From contig CAVXYC010000015.1 of the NCBI GenBank assembly GCA_963765765.1, positions 1 through 64,000 of the forward strand: a stretch of 64,000 bases of DNA, written 5' to 3'. The position numbers and the translations under genes are program-made. Below the pieces are notes generated by a model. That model was not told the origin of the DNA, ran no database searches, and saw only the letters and a program-made list of their open reading frames with translations. Below, in pieces: positions 24,531 through 34,716 of this stretch. Position 1 is the first letter of the stretch; every line of letters begins with the position of its first letter. Source of the stretch: an uncultured Chloroflexia bacterium. Its GTDB lineage: Bacteria; Chloroflexota; UBA6077; JACCZL01.

Positions 24531-24546
24531 CCCTCTGGAGGCGGCG

Positions 24547-25874
24547 GTGGAAACACTCACCATCGACGTGCGCTCCGTTGATGTTGCTTTGTTGCGCGCA
24601 CTGCCGCGCGACGAGCTAACGGAGACGCTCTATAGCCTGAACGCCTCCGAGCTTGCCCTGCTCTTCACGCGCCTCGGTGATGAGGCGATTGCAGAGCTGT
24701 TGGCAGAGCTCGAGTCGTATGACGCTGCCCGCCTCATAAGCAAACTCAGTCGCCTGCAGGCCGCCGAGGTCCTCGAGGAGATGGACCCTGACGATGCCGC
24801 CGACGTCGTCGACGAGATGGAGCCCGTTGAGGCTGAGGCCATCCTGGTGGCAATGAGGCCAGATGACGCCAACGACCTCCGGGAGCTCCTGTCTTATCCG
24901 GCTCGAATCGGCGGGCGGGTTAATGACGCCCGGAGTACGTTGCCCTCACCCCCACGATGCGTGCGGATGAAGCGCTAAACGCGCTTCGGCGCGTTGCCGA
25001 AGAGGCGGAAACGATCTACTACACCTACGTGGTAGAGCCCGACTCGCGCAAGCTGCTCGGCGTGCTGTCGCTTCGTAATCTGGTACTTAGCCGTCCGTGG
25101 ACTCCTGTCCGCGATCTCATGGTTCAGGACGTCTTGCGGGTTCGGGTAGACGCAGACCAGGAGGAAGCCGCGCGTCTTCTAGATCAACACCACCTCATCG
25201 CTTTACCGGTGGTCGACGAAGACGACCGACTGCTGGGCATCATCACCGCGGACGATGCCGCGGACGTGCTGCTCGAGGAGGCGGAAGAAGATATTCAGCG
25301 GCTCGGCGGATCTCAGCCATTGGAGGAGCCGTATCTGCGCGCCTCCATTGCTCACTTGTTTCGCAAGCGCGCTCCGTGGCTGCTGTTTCTCTTTCTCGGT
25401 CAGGCGTACACCAGCTCGGTGCTCGCCGCATTTGAGGTCACCTTCTCTGAGATGGCCGTACTCGTGATCTTCATCCCAATGCTCATTGGCATCGGCGGAA
25501 ACGTTGGATCGCAGACAGTCACCACCCTTGTCCGTGCGATGGGCACTGGTGAAGTAGATCTCGGGGATGTGTTCCGCGTGCTCAAGCGTGAAATCATGGT
25601 GGGGACCATGCTTGGCGTGCTGATGGGCGCCGCGGCTTATGTTCGTGCCTGGACAATGGGCAGCACGGCGGTGAGCGTAGGTCCGGCAGTGGCAATGGCG
25701 GCACTGTGCATCGTGATCTGGGCAGCCACGGTGGCTGCTCTCCTACCGCTCGCCTTGAGCAAGCTGCGCGTCGATCCAGCCGTCGTGTCGGCGCCGTTCA
25801 TCACGACCCTCGTGGATGGAACTGGACTATTCATCTATTTCACGGTGGCCCGCATTCTACTGGGCCTTGACTGA
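24547..25874 (+). CDS. mgtE: Magnesium transporter MgtE (frameshifts near 24900-24960)
   Basis: GGAGG + GTG at 24547. MgtE-N domain (MDPDDAADV), CBS pair, and TM motifs PMLIGIGGNVGSQ and DPAVVSAPFITTLVDGTG. Confidence 0.93.
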
Positions 25875-25951
25875 AACCGAGCGAGCTCGCTCGGTCAAAT
25901 AATCCGCGGGAGCTACTCGCTGCTATCGCCAATAGTGCGCTGGCACAAAAG

Positions 25952-25986
25952 ATGAAGGGGCCGCGCCTTGTGCGCGGCCCCTTCAT
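25952..25986. terminator. Intrinsic terminator hairpin between convergent mgtE and RDD genes
   Basis: ATGAAGGGGCCGCGC-CTTGT-GCGCGGCCCCTTCAT. On the - strand it is followed by CTTTTG. Confidence 0.75.
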
Positions 25987-26015
25987 TAGGTCGGGCGGTT
26001 CGTGAGCCTAAAGAG

Positions 26016-26408
26016 TTACACGCGAATGACGAACGAGCCGGCTGCCTTGTCATGCCAGGTCTGCTTGTTGGGGTCCCAGAGCATCCAGAGATAGCCGATA
26101 CCAAGGGCAATGCCTGAGATGAATGCTACAAGAACGCGGATAAGTGCCTGTCCCGCGGTGAGAAGCTCTCCATTGGCATTGACGAGCTTGATGCTCATCA
26201 ACTTCATCGCCGGCGTTTGCCCGGTGGATGAAAAGAAGTACACCTCGTAAATCACTGCGATGAGCGTGCCGAGGCCGCTGCCAAGATTCGGGTTGATCGA
26301 TCCCAGGACCAGTCCTAACACGCCCTGGATGATGGCCAGAATAACGCCGTCGATGATTAACGAGACCAACCTTGGAAAGAACCCCGCGTAATTGGTGGCA
26401 ATTGCCAT
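26016..26408 (-). CDS. RDD family membrane protein
   Basis: YAGFFPRLVSLIID, GQTPAMK, KQTWHDKAAGS. GGAGG upstream of ATG 26408. Confidence 0.9.
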   Translation of the reverse strand: MAIATNYAGFFPRLVSLIIDGVILAIIQGVLGLVLGSINPNLGSGLGTLIAVIYEVYFFSSTGQTPAMKLMSIKLVNANGELLTAGQALIRVLVAFISGIALGIGYLWMLWDPNKQTWHDKAAGSFVIRV

Positions 26409-26534
26409 CACACTACCTCCGCGAGCACAAGAGTGCGGCCACTGTAGCACGTTTTCACGCGGCATTGGGCCTCCAGTTGAACCTTCAGACGACCCGATAA
26501 TTCGGCTCTGTTAGAATCCGATTGGGACTTCTCC

Positions 26535-27510
26535 TTGCCTCCGACTATCGTCGTCGAGCACCTCTCCAAGCACTACCTCGTCCACAAAAAGCCGCCCGGG
26601 CTTATTGCTTCCCTGCGCAGCCTCGTCCATCGTGAGTATCTCGATGTTCACGCTGTATCAGACGTGAGCTTCACGTTGGAGCAAGGGGAATTGGTGGGAT
26701 TCCTGGGACCAAATGGCGCGGGCAAGACCACCACCCTGAAGATGCTCTCGGGGCTGTTGCACCCGTCAGGCGGAACCGCCCGCGTGCTAGGGCACGAGCC
26801 GTGGAAGCGAGAAGCGCGATTTCAGCGTCGCTTCTCATTGGTCATGGGTCAGAAAAACCAGCTCTGGTGGGACCTGCCCGGCCATCGAGTCATTTCTGCT
26901 CAACAAGGAGATCTATCGTGTTCCGGATCGAAGGTTCCGTGAGACGCTGGATGAGCTGATTGATCTGCTCGGGTTGGAACCGCTCCTTCAGATCCAGGTT
27001 CGCCGACTCTCATTAGGCGAGCGCATGAAGTGCGAGCTCGCTGTCGCGCTCATCCACGAGCCGGAAGTGCTGTTCTTGGATGAGCCCACCATCGGTCTAG
27101 ACGTGCTGATGCAGCATGCGCTGCGCGATTTCATCCGCGTCTACAACCAGCGGCGGCGCTCCACGATCGTGCTGACCAGTCATTACATGGAAGATGTGAA
27201 AGAGCTCTGCGAGCGGGTCATCATCATCTCCAAGGGGCACCTGATCTATGACGGAAGGCTGGACGCCATCGTCGAGCGATACACCGATGAGCGTGACCTG
27301 ACGGCGACGTTCCAGGAGCCAGTGGCAGAGTCGGACCTGGCGATGCTCGGTGAGGTGATCGAGTATCGAGGCGAGCGTGTCACACTCCGCGTGCCGCGAT
27401 CTGCGCTCGCTGAACGTACATCGACTCTCCTAGCGCGCTTCCCGGTGAATGATCTCGCCGTGGCGGAGCCGGACGTGGAAGAGGTCATTCGGAAGGTCTT
27501 CAGTGAGTAG
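26535..27510 (+). CDS. ABC exporter ATP-binding protein (frameshift near 26880)
   Basis: [40 protein letters not shown]. Confidence 0.92.
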
Positions 27511-27529
27511 TCCTGGATGTTGGGCCCGT

Positions 27530-27637
27530 CACTTTGGGCCGCGGCGGTCTTCGCCGCTTTCTCGCGAGGCTGGAAACCGTTCTCCATGTCGCTCCGCTCG
27601 GTTGGAAAGCGGCCGAAAACCGCCGCGGTCCAAAGTG
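27530..27637. repeat. REP doublet (TTGGxxxGCGGCG...GCCGCTTTC family)
   Basis: CACTTTGGGCCGCGGCGGTCTTCGCCGCTTTC ... GAAAGCGGCCGAAAACCGCCGCGGTCCAAAGTG inverted pair inside the operon. Related to 35486-35547. Confidence 0.7.
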
Positions 27638-27651
27638 AGCCAGTCCACGAT

Positions 27652-28449
27652 ATGAGCCTCTACATCACCCTCTGGCGCATCGGATTACAAGACGCCATTC
27701 AATATCGGATCGAGGGCATCATCTGGTTCCTGTTTGATGTCGTTCCGCCCATCATGATGCTCTTCTTCTGGAGCGCGGCTTACGCAGACACTGATCAAGT
27801 GGCTGGTTACAGTCTGCCGGAGATGCTGGCGTATACACTCGGAGTCCTCGTGCTTCGAAACCTGGTCACCGTTCATGTCGAGTGGGATATCGACTACGAA
27901 GTGCGTCAGGGCACGCTTTCGAACTATCTCGTTCGACCGATCAGCCCCTGGATCGTGTGGTTTTTCAATCAGCTTAGCTGGCGAATGTGGCGAACGGCAC
28001 TTGTCTGTCCCATCCTGGCGATTGCCCTGATCACAGTCGCGCCGTCGCTCGAGCTGCCGTCCATGGATTCCACGCAGGTCTGGGGCTTCCTCGTCAGTTT
28101 GCTGCTGGCATACCTCGTCTGCTTCCTCTTCAAGCTGGTGCTTGGCTTCACGGCATTCTGGCTCACCAACATTCAAGCGGTGATCGGTCTCTCAGACGTG
28201 CTAGTCTATCTGTTTGGCGGAATCTTGATTCCAATGCAGCTTCTGCCCGAAGGACTGCAGCAGATCGCGCTCTACTTACCGCTGCAATCGATCTTTGCCT
28301 TCCCACTCAGTGTGATGCTTGGCCGCTCCCAGGGCGCCGATCTGATCGCCGGGCTGACCGGCCAGATCGTATGGTGCGGGCTTCTCGGTCTTCTCGCCGT
28401 CCTCATGTGGCGTACTGGTCTCCGACGGTACGAGGCGGTGGGCGGATGA
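27652..28449 (+). CDS. ABC-2 type permease (DUF990-like)
   Basis: QYR, IDYEVRQGTLSNYLVRP, GGILIPMQLLP, YEAVGG. ATG at 27652. Confidence 0.88.
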   Translation: MSLYITLWRIGLQDAIQYRIEGIIWFLFDVVPPIMMLFFWSAAYADTDQVAGYSLPEMLAYTLGVLVLRNLVTVHVEWDIDYEVRQGTLSNYLVRPISPWIVWFFNQLSWRMWRTALVCPILAIALITVAPSLELPSMDSTQVWGFLVSLLLAYLVCFLFKLVLGFTAFWLTNIQAVIGLSDVLVYLFGGILIPMQLLPEGLQQIALYLPLQSIFAFPLSVMLGRSQGADLIAGLTGQIVWCGLLGLLAVLMWRTGLRRYEAVGG

Positions 28450-29243
28450 GCAAGCTGCGTCACTACGCGTCGATTTACCTCGTGTTCGTGAGGACCTGTG
28501 TCATCCGTGAGATGGGGTTTCGTGGTCACTTTCTCCTGCTCGTGTTGAGCAACTCCGCCTGGACACTGCTTTCGCTCGCGTTCGCCGGATTCCTCTTCAC
28601 TAATGTCCGGTCCGTTGCAGGCTGGGACCTCAATTCCATGATTGTCCTCACAGGTACGTTCAGTCTTGTCCTGGGGCTCCTCGATGGGCTCTTCCAGACC
28701 AACATGTCCCGTCTCTCAGAGCAGGTAAATCGCGGCGAGCTCGACTACGTCCTCATCAAGCCGATCGACAGTCAGTTCTACGTGTCAACCCGATACCTCA
28801 ACCTGAACGAGATCCCAACTGTGCTGATCTCGATTGTGACCATTTCGGCTGGAATGGCTCGTCTGGGCCTGCAGCCTTCCGTCGCGGAGGTCTCCACATA
28901 TGTGCTTCTTGTGGTGTGCGCCGTAACGACCTTTTACGGTCTCTGGTTCGCAAGTGTCACGCTGGCGCTATGGTCCGGCCGAATCAACAACATCGCGTAC
29001 CTGATTCAGCCTATCGCCGATCTCGGGCGCATGCCGTCGGACATTTTTCAGGGGCTGTTTCGGATCATCTTTACGTTCATTCTGCCGGTGTCCTTGATCT
29101 CCACAGTTCCGGCTCGTTCACTGCTCGGCGTATTAGAGCCCGGGATGATCGGGTATGCGATAGTTGCCTCAGTCACCACCGTGCTCTTCTCTCGGTGGTT
29201 CTGGCAATTCTCTCTCAGTAGATACACGAGCGCCTCCAGTTAA
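28446..29243 (+). CDS. ABC-2 type permease (second subunit)
   Basis: VAGWD, GELDYVLIKPIDSQF, YTSASS. ATG overlaps the upstream stop. Confidence 0.88.
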   Translation: MSKLRHYASIYLVFVRTCVIREMGFRGHFLLLVLSNSAWTLLSLAFAGFLFTNVRSVAGWDLNSMIVLTGTFSLVLGLLDGLFQTNMSRLSEQVNRGELDYVLIKPIDSQFYVSTRYLNLNEIPTVLISIVTISAGMARLGLQPSVAEVSTYVLLVVCAVTTFYGLWFASVTLALWSGRINNIAYLIQPIADLGRMPSDIFQGLFRIIFTFILPVSLISTVPARSLLGVLEPGMIGYAIVASVTTVLFSRWFWQFSLSRYTSASS

Positions 29244-29271
29244 CCACTCAGGTCACCCATATACTCCCGCC

Positions 29272-30399
29272 ATGCGATGGATCGCGGTGGTGCTGGCGGC
29301 AGTTTTCGCCATACCTCTCATTCTTCTGGGGCCGCACGGAAGCGTGGTGGCATTCAAGACCGCGATGTTCGTTCCGGAGATATTTCCGGACGCACCCATC
29401 CAGCCGCTTCGCTGGATCACGAGCGCATCGAACGTGGAGCGATCAACCATCCCGTATCCTGGCGGCAATGCCAGGCTCGATGTGTACGTGCCGGCGCATG
29501 AGGGACAGCACCCGGCAGTCATTCTCATGCTGGGCGCCCGCCCGATTGACCAGGATGATCCCGTGATCACGCGGTTCGCCGATGGATTGAGCCGCATGGG
29601 CATCGTGGTCATGGTGCCCGCATCAGACGGTCTGTCTACAGGGGCAATCAGTCCCGATGAGATCGATCTCTTAGTGCGGGAGCTCATCTTGCTTCGTGAG
29701 CGACCCGACGTAGATAAGAGTCGCGTCGGCTACATTGGCCTCTCTGTGGGCGCATCGCTCTCGCTCGTGGCCGCCGCGGATGCTCGAATCCGGGATGACG
29801 TGCGATTCGTCAATGCTTTTGGTGGGTACTTTGACGTGCGCGATCTGTTCGTCGCGTTGTCTTCGAGGTCCCTGAATTACGCTGGCGAGACATCCGATTG
29901 GGAGCCGGCCCCACTTGCGCGAGAAGTCATGATCGAGAATGTTGCCATCGGGCTGCCCTCGGATGGTGAGCGGGAATGCGTCCGCCAGGTTTCGGAGAGC
30001 ACCGACTCTACTGGCTGGTGTGAGAGCGTCCCTCTCTCCCCAATGGGAAGGGACGCCCTGGCTCTTCTGGACGAGCCGGATACGGGGCGGGCCCAGCAGC
30101 TAGTGAATGTGTTGACGGCGCCGTCAATGAAGCGGTTGGATGCCATCTCGCCTCGGAGCATTGTTGCGGAGATCAAGGCCGACGTTCTGGTTATGCACGA
30201 CGTCAACGACAGATACATCCCCTACACGGAATCGCGGCGGCTGATTGCGGCGCTGCCGGAATCGAGGCTCCGCGCCTGGACCGAGCTGGAGCTGTTCGAT
30301 CATGTGATGCCGGGCCACGGGATGGATCCGGTCACTTTCTCTCGAGAGGTGGCGCAGCTCTTCCGTCACGTGTACCTGACCTTTATGGAGATGCTGTAA
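29272..30399 (+). CDS. Membrane-anchored alpha/beta hydrolase
   Basis: Nucleophile elbow GLSVG, HDVNDRYIP, FDHV. TATACT 6 nt upstream of the ATG. Confidence 0.75.
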   Translation: MRWIAVVLAAVFAIPLILLGPHGSVVAFKTAMFVPEIFPDAPIQPLRWITSASNVERSTIPYPGGNARLDVYVPAHEGQHPAVILMLGARPIDQDDPVITRFADGLSRMGIVVMVPASDGLSTGAISPDEIDLLVRELILLRERPDVDKSRVGYIGLSVGASLSLVAAADARIRDDVRFVNAFGGYFDVRDLFVALSSRSLNYAGETSDWEPAPLAREVMIENVAIGLPSDGERECVRQVSESTDSTGWCESVPLSPMGRDALALLDEPDTGRAQQLVNVLTAPSMKRLDAISPRSIVAEIKADVLVMHDVNDRYIPYTESRRLIAALPESRLRAWTELELFDHVMPGHGMDPVTFSREVAQLFRHVYLTFMEML

Positions 30400-30540
30400 T
30401 CACGGTGAGAGGTGCGAGCCTCATGCCCACGCTGCTCCACTGTGTACCTCCCTCAACTCCCCGGTCTGCCCGTCCGCTCAGGCGCGTTGTAAGCGCATAA
30501 TCAGCTCGTGGGTATACCGCCTGATCCAGCAATTCAACGA

Positions 30541-31938
30541 ATGGCGAGCGTCTTTGGCGCCCGCCTCCTGTCTGATTCCAGCTCTGCCTCTTTTCGCACC
30601 AGTGCGCTGGAGGTGCTGGCCGCGGCATTGACCGCCGTGGATCCCTATGCAGCCGTTAGACGCTCGATTGGGCCGTCTGATTCCATGCTCAGCGCTGGAC
30701 ATGGTCAATTCGACCTGGACCGGATCCGACGCATTGTCGTCGTGGGTGCGGGGAAGGCGGGTGGCCCGATGTCCGCCGCCGTGGAAGAAGTGCTTGGTGA
30801 ACGGATATCCGCCGGTTGGGTCAACGTGAAGACCGGGCACCTTACGCCGACGCGGTTCATCAATCTTCACGAGGCTGGTCATCCCATTCCTGACCAGTCA
30901 GGTTTGGATGGCTCGGAGCAAATCTCGAATCTTCTTGAGGGTCTGGATCGCGATGACCTCGTGGTGTGCCTGATCTCCGGTGGTGGGTCGGCGCTACTTG
31001 GGCTTCCCTATCCAGACATCACTCTGGCTGACATGCAGCAGGTGACGAACGCGCTCTTCCGAGCCGGCGCCAACATCAATCAGCTCAACTGCGTACGCAA
31101 GCACCTGGACCGTTTGAAAGGTGGTGGGCTGGCGCGATTGGCCGCCCCCGCGCGCGTTGTCACGCTTGTGCTCTCCGACGTCATTGGTGATCCCCTGGAC
31201 GTCATCGGGTCTGGCCCGACAGCGCCAGACCCTACAACGTTTGCCGACGCGTGGGATGTTATTGACCGATTTGATCTCCGAAGCGATATTCCTGCTTCAG
31301 TAGCGCAGCGGCTGCAGCGTGGCGTTGATGGAGATGAGCCTGAGACGCCGAAGGTCAATGACCCGATCTTCGAGCGCGTGGATTCAGTCATTGTGGGAAG
31401 CAACGCGCGTGCCGCCGAGGCTGCACTCTCCGCCGCGACGCACAGGGGATGGGCAACTCTGGATCTTGGCAGCATGATCGAAGGCGAAGCACGCGAAGTC
31501 GGCCGAGTCTTAGGAGCCCTCGCCCGCGGTATCGTCAGCGAAGGGCGTCCCCTGAAAGCGCCCGTGTGCATCGTGGCCGGCGGCGAGACTGTCGTGACAG
31601 TGAAAGGCAGCGGGCGGGGTGGGCGGAATCAGGAAGTGGCTCTGGGCGCGGCGTTGGCCATAGACGGGCTTGCTGAAACGCTTGTCATTAGCCTGGGGAC
31701 AGATGGGACGGACGGTCCGACCGACGCCGCAGGAGCCCTGGCTGATGGGACGACCATCCAGAGGGGTGCTAACCTCCACCTGGACCCGCATCGTTCTCTC
31801 GCGGAGAACGATGCCTACTCCTACTTCGACGCTCTGGGCGATCTCCTCATGACCGGCCCAACGCGCACAAACGTGAACGATATTATGTGTGTCTTCGTGG
31901 GGTTGCCAGAGTCAAAGTCCAAACTCGCCCGCGGGTAA
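30541..31938 (+). CDS. Glycerate kinase type 2 (TtuD/MOFRL family)
   Basis: GAGKA, EAGHPIPD, ISGGGSAL, LSDVIGD, GGETVV, GGRNQE, GTDGTDG, TGPTRTNVND. Confidence 0.93.
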   Translation: MASVFGARLLSDSSSASFRTSALEVLAAALTAVDPYAAVRRSIGPSDSMLSAGHGQFDLDRIRRIVVVGAGKAGGPMSAAVEEVLGERISAGWVNVKTGHLTPTRFINLHEAGHPIPDQSGLDGSEQISNLLEGLDRDDLVVCLISGGGSALLGLPYPDITLADMQQVTNALFRAGANINQLNCVRKHLDRLKGGGLARLAAPARVVTLVLSDVIGDPLDVIGSGPTAPDPTTFADAWDVIDRFDLRSDIPASVAQRLQRGVDGDEPETPKVNDPIFERVDSVIVGSNARAAEAALSAATHRGWATLDLGSMIEGEAREVGRVLGALARGIVSEGRPLKAPVCIVAGGETVVTVKGSGRGGRNQEVALGAALAIDGLAETLVISLGTDGTDGPTDAAGALADGTTIQRGANLHLDPHRSLAENDAYSYFDALGDLLMTGPTRTNVNDIMCVFVGLPESKSKLARG

Positions 31939-31975
31939 CTGCTCAGAAGGAGGGGAGAGCGAGGCCCTGTTGCCC

Positions 31976-32097
31976 GTAGCCCGGGGGCTTGTCCCCTGTG
32001 TCTGGACATCGGGCCGCCGATTTCGCGGTGTACGGTCCCGAGCGTGGCGGCGTCTGGGGCTCCAGGCACAGGGACAGCGGACAAGCCCCCGGGCTAC
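31976..32097. repeat. GTAG-family REPIN, copy 1
   Basis: GTAGCCCGGGGGCTTGTCC ... GGACAAGCCCCCGGGCTAC terminal inverted repeat. The internal sequence is shared with 34453-34564. Confidence 0.85.
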
Positions 32098-32363
32098 GAC
32101 CATCGTCCGGTGGATCGTCCGCGCAATTCTGAATACTTCCGCCCGCGATGCCGGATTGATTTGCGCATCGGTTAGAGGGTACCCTCGGCGCTGCCCGTGG
32201 TGGCTTTTCTCGCTTATGGGCTCGTGCTTAACGTAGTCGGAAGCCGTTACGCTCGGTGCGGTCGGCTTGGACAGCGGATCTGGGGCGATATGAATCGGGC
32301 CGATCTTCAACCACAGGCATCGGCAAATCTCCGCATCGAGATGATTGAAGAAAAAGGGTTGAC

Positions 32364-33065
32364 ATGAAGCTCTTCGTCGATAGCGCCAACCTCGAGGAGA
32401 TCGAGTCCGCATTGAGTCGTGGGTTCGCCAGCGGTATCACGACGAACCCGTCCATCCTTTCTAAGGAAGAGCGACGGGATTTTGGCGAGCACATTCGCGA
32501 CATCATCACGCTGCTGCGACGATACGATGCCGCCATTCCGCTCAGCGTCGAGGTGTTCACGGCCGATCCCGCGGAGATGCCGCGTCAGGCGCGCGCCTTT
32601 CTCGATCAATTCGGTGACTATGAGCAGCTCTACATCAAGGTGCCGATTGGCTGGGACGAGCTGAAGGTCATTCATGAGATCGTACGGGCCGGTGGCAAGG
32701 TCAACTGCACCTGCTGCATGTCCTACAACCAGGCGATGATGGCAGCCAATGCCGGCGCCTCATTCGTAAGCCTGTTCTGGGGACGCATACGCGATACGGG
32801 ATACGACGCGGCTTCCGTGGTGCAACAGGTTCATCGAACCCTGCGCGAGTGGCAGTCCCCGGCAGAAATCATCGTAGGCAGTATTCGGCAGATGGTCGAT
32901 GTCAACGAGGCGATCCAGGCGGGGGCGGACATCGTCACCGTTCCGGCGAAGTTCTTTCCTCAGATGTGCGTCCATCCGAAAACGGATGAGGCGGTGCAGC
33001 AGTTCGTTCGCGACTTTGCGGAGTGGAGCGCGCCCGTCGAAGCGTCAGCGCTATCGGCTCGCTAG
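32364..33065 (+). CDS. Transaldolase/fructose-6-phosphate aldolase family (short type)
   Basis: LFVDSAN, GITTNPS, Schiff-base Lys in YIKVP, VNCT, VSLFWGR, GSIR, HPKTD. Confidence 0.92.
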   Translation: MKLFVDSANLEEIESALSRGFASGITTNPSILSKEERRDFGEHIRDIITLLRRYDAAIPLSVEVFTADPAEMPRQARAFLDQFGDYEQLYIKVPIGWDELKVIHEIVRAGGKVNCTCCMSYNQAMMAANAGASFVSLFWGRIRDTGYDAASVVQQVHRTLREWQSPAEIIVGSIRQMVDVNEAIQAGADIVTVPAKFFPQMCVHPKTDEAVQQFVRDFAEWSAPVEASALSAR

Positions 33066-33085
33066 TTAAAGAACAAGGGGATTCC

Positions 33086-33701
33086 ATGGAGTTTATTGCC
33101 CGCTATTTAGCGGAAGTGCGGGAAGTCACCGAGCGGATCGACCAATCAGCCGTCGCCAGACTCATTGACCTGCTCGTGGATGTTCGGCAGGGCGGCGGGC
33201 GGTTGTTCTTCCTCGGCGTTGGTGGAAGCGCCGGCAATGCTTCACACGCGGTGAATGATTTCCGCAAGATCGCCGGATTCGAGGCGTATTCCCCGCTGGA
33301 CAACGTGTCGGAGCTTACGGCGCGAATCAATGACGATGGTTGGGAAGGCGCCCTGTCGGCCTGGCTACGAGGCAGCCGACTCAACGAGCGCGACATGCTC
33401 ATGATTTTCTCAGTGGGCGGGGGAGATCTGGAGCACAACGTGAGTATGAACCTGGTGCGCGCGATGGAATACGCGAAGACAGTTGGAGCGCGAATCGGTG
33501 GCATTGTCGGTCGCGATGGCGGCTTCACCGCCCAGGTGGCGGACGCTTGCGTGATCATTCCCGTGGTGCATCCGGAGACGATCACGCCACACAGCGAGGC
33601 TTTTCAGGCCGTCGTCTGGCACATGCTGGTCTCGCACCCGAGGCTGATTGCAGTCCGCGATGAAGTGGGAGTCGATACCGGCAACTACACCGGCCCGATA
33701 G
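33086..33701 (+). CDS. SIS-domain phosphosugar isomerase (GmhA/LmbN-like), frameshift near the C-terminus
   Basis: GVGGSAGNASHAVND, ELTARINDDG, FSVGGG, GRDGG, TPHSEAFQ. True end MKWESIPATTPAR* in the shifted frame. Confidence 0.88.
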
Positions 33702-33717
33702 TTCCCGAGAACCTTGG

Positions 33718-33759
33718 GGTAGGGCTGAGAGGGTTCGAACCTCCGACACCTGAGTCCCG
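33718..33759 (-). pseudogene. 3' half of a tRNA-Pro(CGG) gene (att-site-like scar)
   Basis: Minus strand reads CGGGA-CTCAG-GTGTC-GGAGG-TTCGAAC-CCTCT-CAGCCCT-ACC: anticodon, T-arm and 3' acceptor strand. No matching 5' acceptor strand or D-arm upstream. Confidence 0.75.
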
Positions 33760-33801
33760 TTTGGGGTGCTCGGTGAACTAATCCGCGTTAGAGGCCTCCT
33801 A

Positions 33802-34329
33802 TTAGCTGCCGAATCCGGGTCCGGGCTTCTCGATGCGGTCCACTGTCTTATTCTCCAGCGAAGCTCCGGGGATCTCTTTGCCGTCGGGCGTCATGCGAGC
33901 ATGGCTCTTGAATCCGGTTGGCGATGCGCCCACGCGGAGCATGACGAGGTTCTCGTCACCCCGGGCCTGGAACCAGTAGTTTGCGCCCTTCGGAATCATT
34001 ACACCCTGATAGCGGGTGAGGCGCTTGGTGTTCTCATCCGTGTCGAGATGGAACTCGGCTTCGCCCTCGAGCACGACGAAGGTGTGATCCTCGTCCAGGT
34101 GAGCGTGCATCGCGTTCTCACCGCCCTCGGCATACACCTTGATGGTGACCGTCATGATGTCGGTACGCGAGCGCACATCGGTGGTGCGGCCCTGGAGCAG
34201 GTAGGGGGTGCAGATGTCGAACACTTCACTGCTGCTGGCGGTCTCTGCCACTGATCGGATACTGCCGTTAAGCTGCTCGTTCACCGCTACCGATGTGCCG
34301 TCGGGGCGCCTGTCGCTGACCTGAACCAT
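33802..34329 (-). CDS. Cupin-domain protein
   Basis: GGENAMHAHLDEDHTFVVLEGEA, IPKGANYWF. GGAGG SD. Confidence 0.85.
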   Translation of the reverse strand: MVQVSDRRPDGTSVAVNEQLNGSIRSVAETASSSEVFDICTPYLLQGRTTDVRSRTDIMTVTIKVYAEGGENAMHAHLDEDHTFVVLEGEAEFHLDTDENTKRLTRYQGVMIPKGANYWFQARGDENLVMLRVGASPTGFKSHARMTPDGKEIPGASLENKTVDRIEKPGPGFGS

Positions 34330-34452
34330 TTCCCGCCTCCTGAAAAACTATGCGTCTATCCGGGCACGATAGTTTGTGAGGATCTTGACGTCAAGGAAGG
34401 CGCGAGTAATGTAACTGTTCAGCGTTGCGGGACGATCCACTGGACGATGCCT

Positions 34453-34564
34453 GTAGCACGGGGGCTTGTCCCCGGTGCCTGGACATCGGGCTGACGCTAT
34501 CGCGGTGTACGTCCCGAGCTTCGCGGCTGCTGGCGCTCCAGGCACGGGGAAAGCCCCGTGCTAC
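34453..34564. repeat. GTAG-family REPIN, copy 2
   Basis: GTAGCACGGGGGCTTGTCCCC...TGGACATCGGGC...TCGCGGTGTACG...CTCCAGGCAC...AAGCCCCGTGCTAC, colinear with copy 1. Confidence 0.85.
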
Positions 34565-34716
34565 GACCATCGACCCCGCGACTCTTAACACTCATCGAGT
34601 AATTCCCAAGCCTTGCGACACTTCGGTGGGCATGAGATTACGCAAGGCATAGCCTGTGCAGAGGCGATGCTCATCCAACTGGTGTGACGGGAAGGAGCCA
34701 GAGGATCGTGAGCTGC

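Noticed and set aside
27517-27651. N-terminal extension of the ABC permease
   Set aside because: It is translated REP sequence. The real start is ATG 27652.
33716-33800. Intact tRNA gene
   Set aside because: No 5' acceptor strand complementary to CAGCCCT, no D-arm and no 5' anticodon-stem strand.
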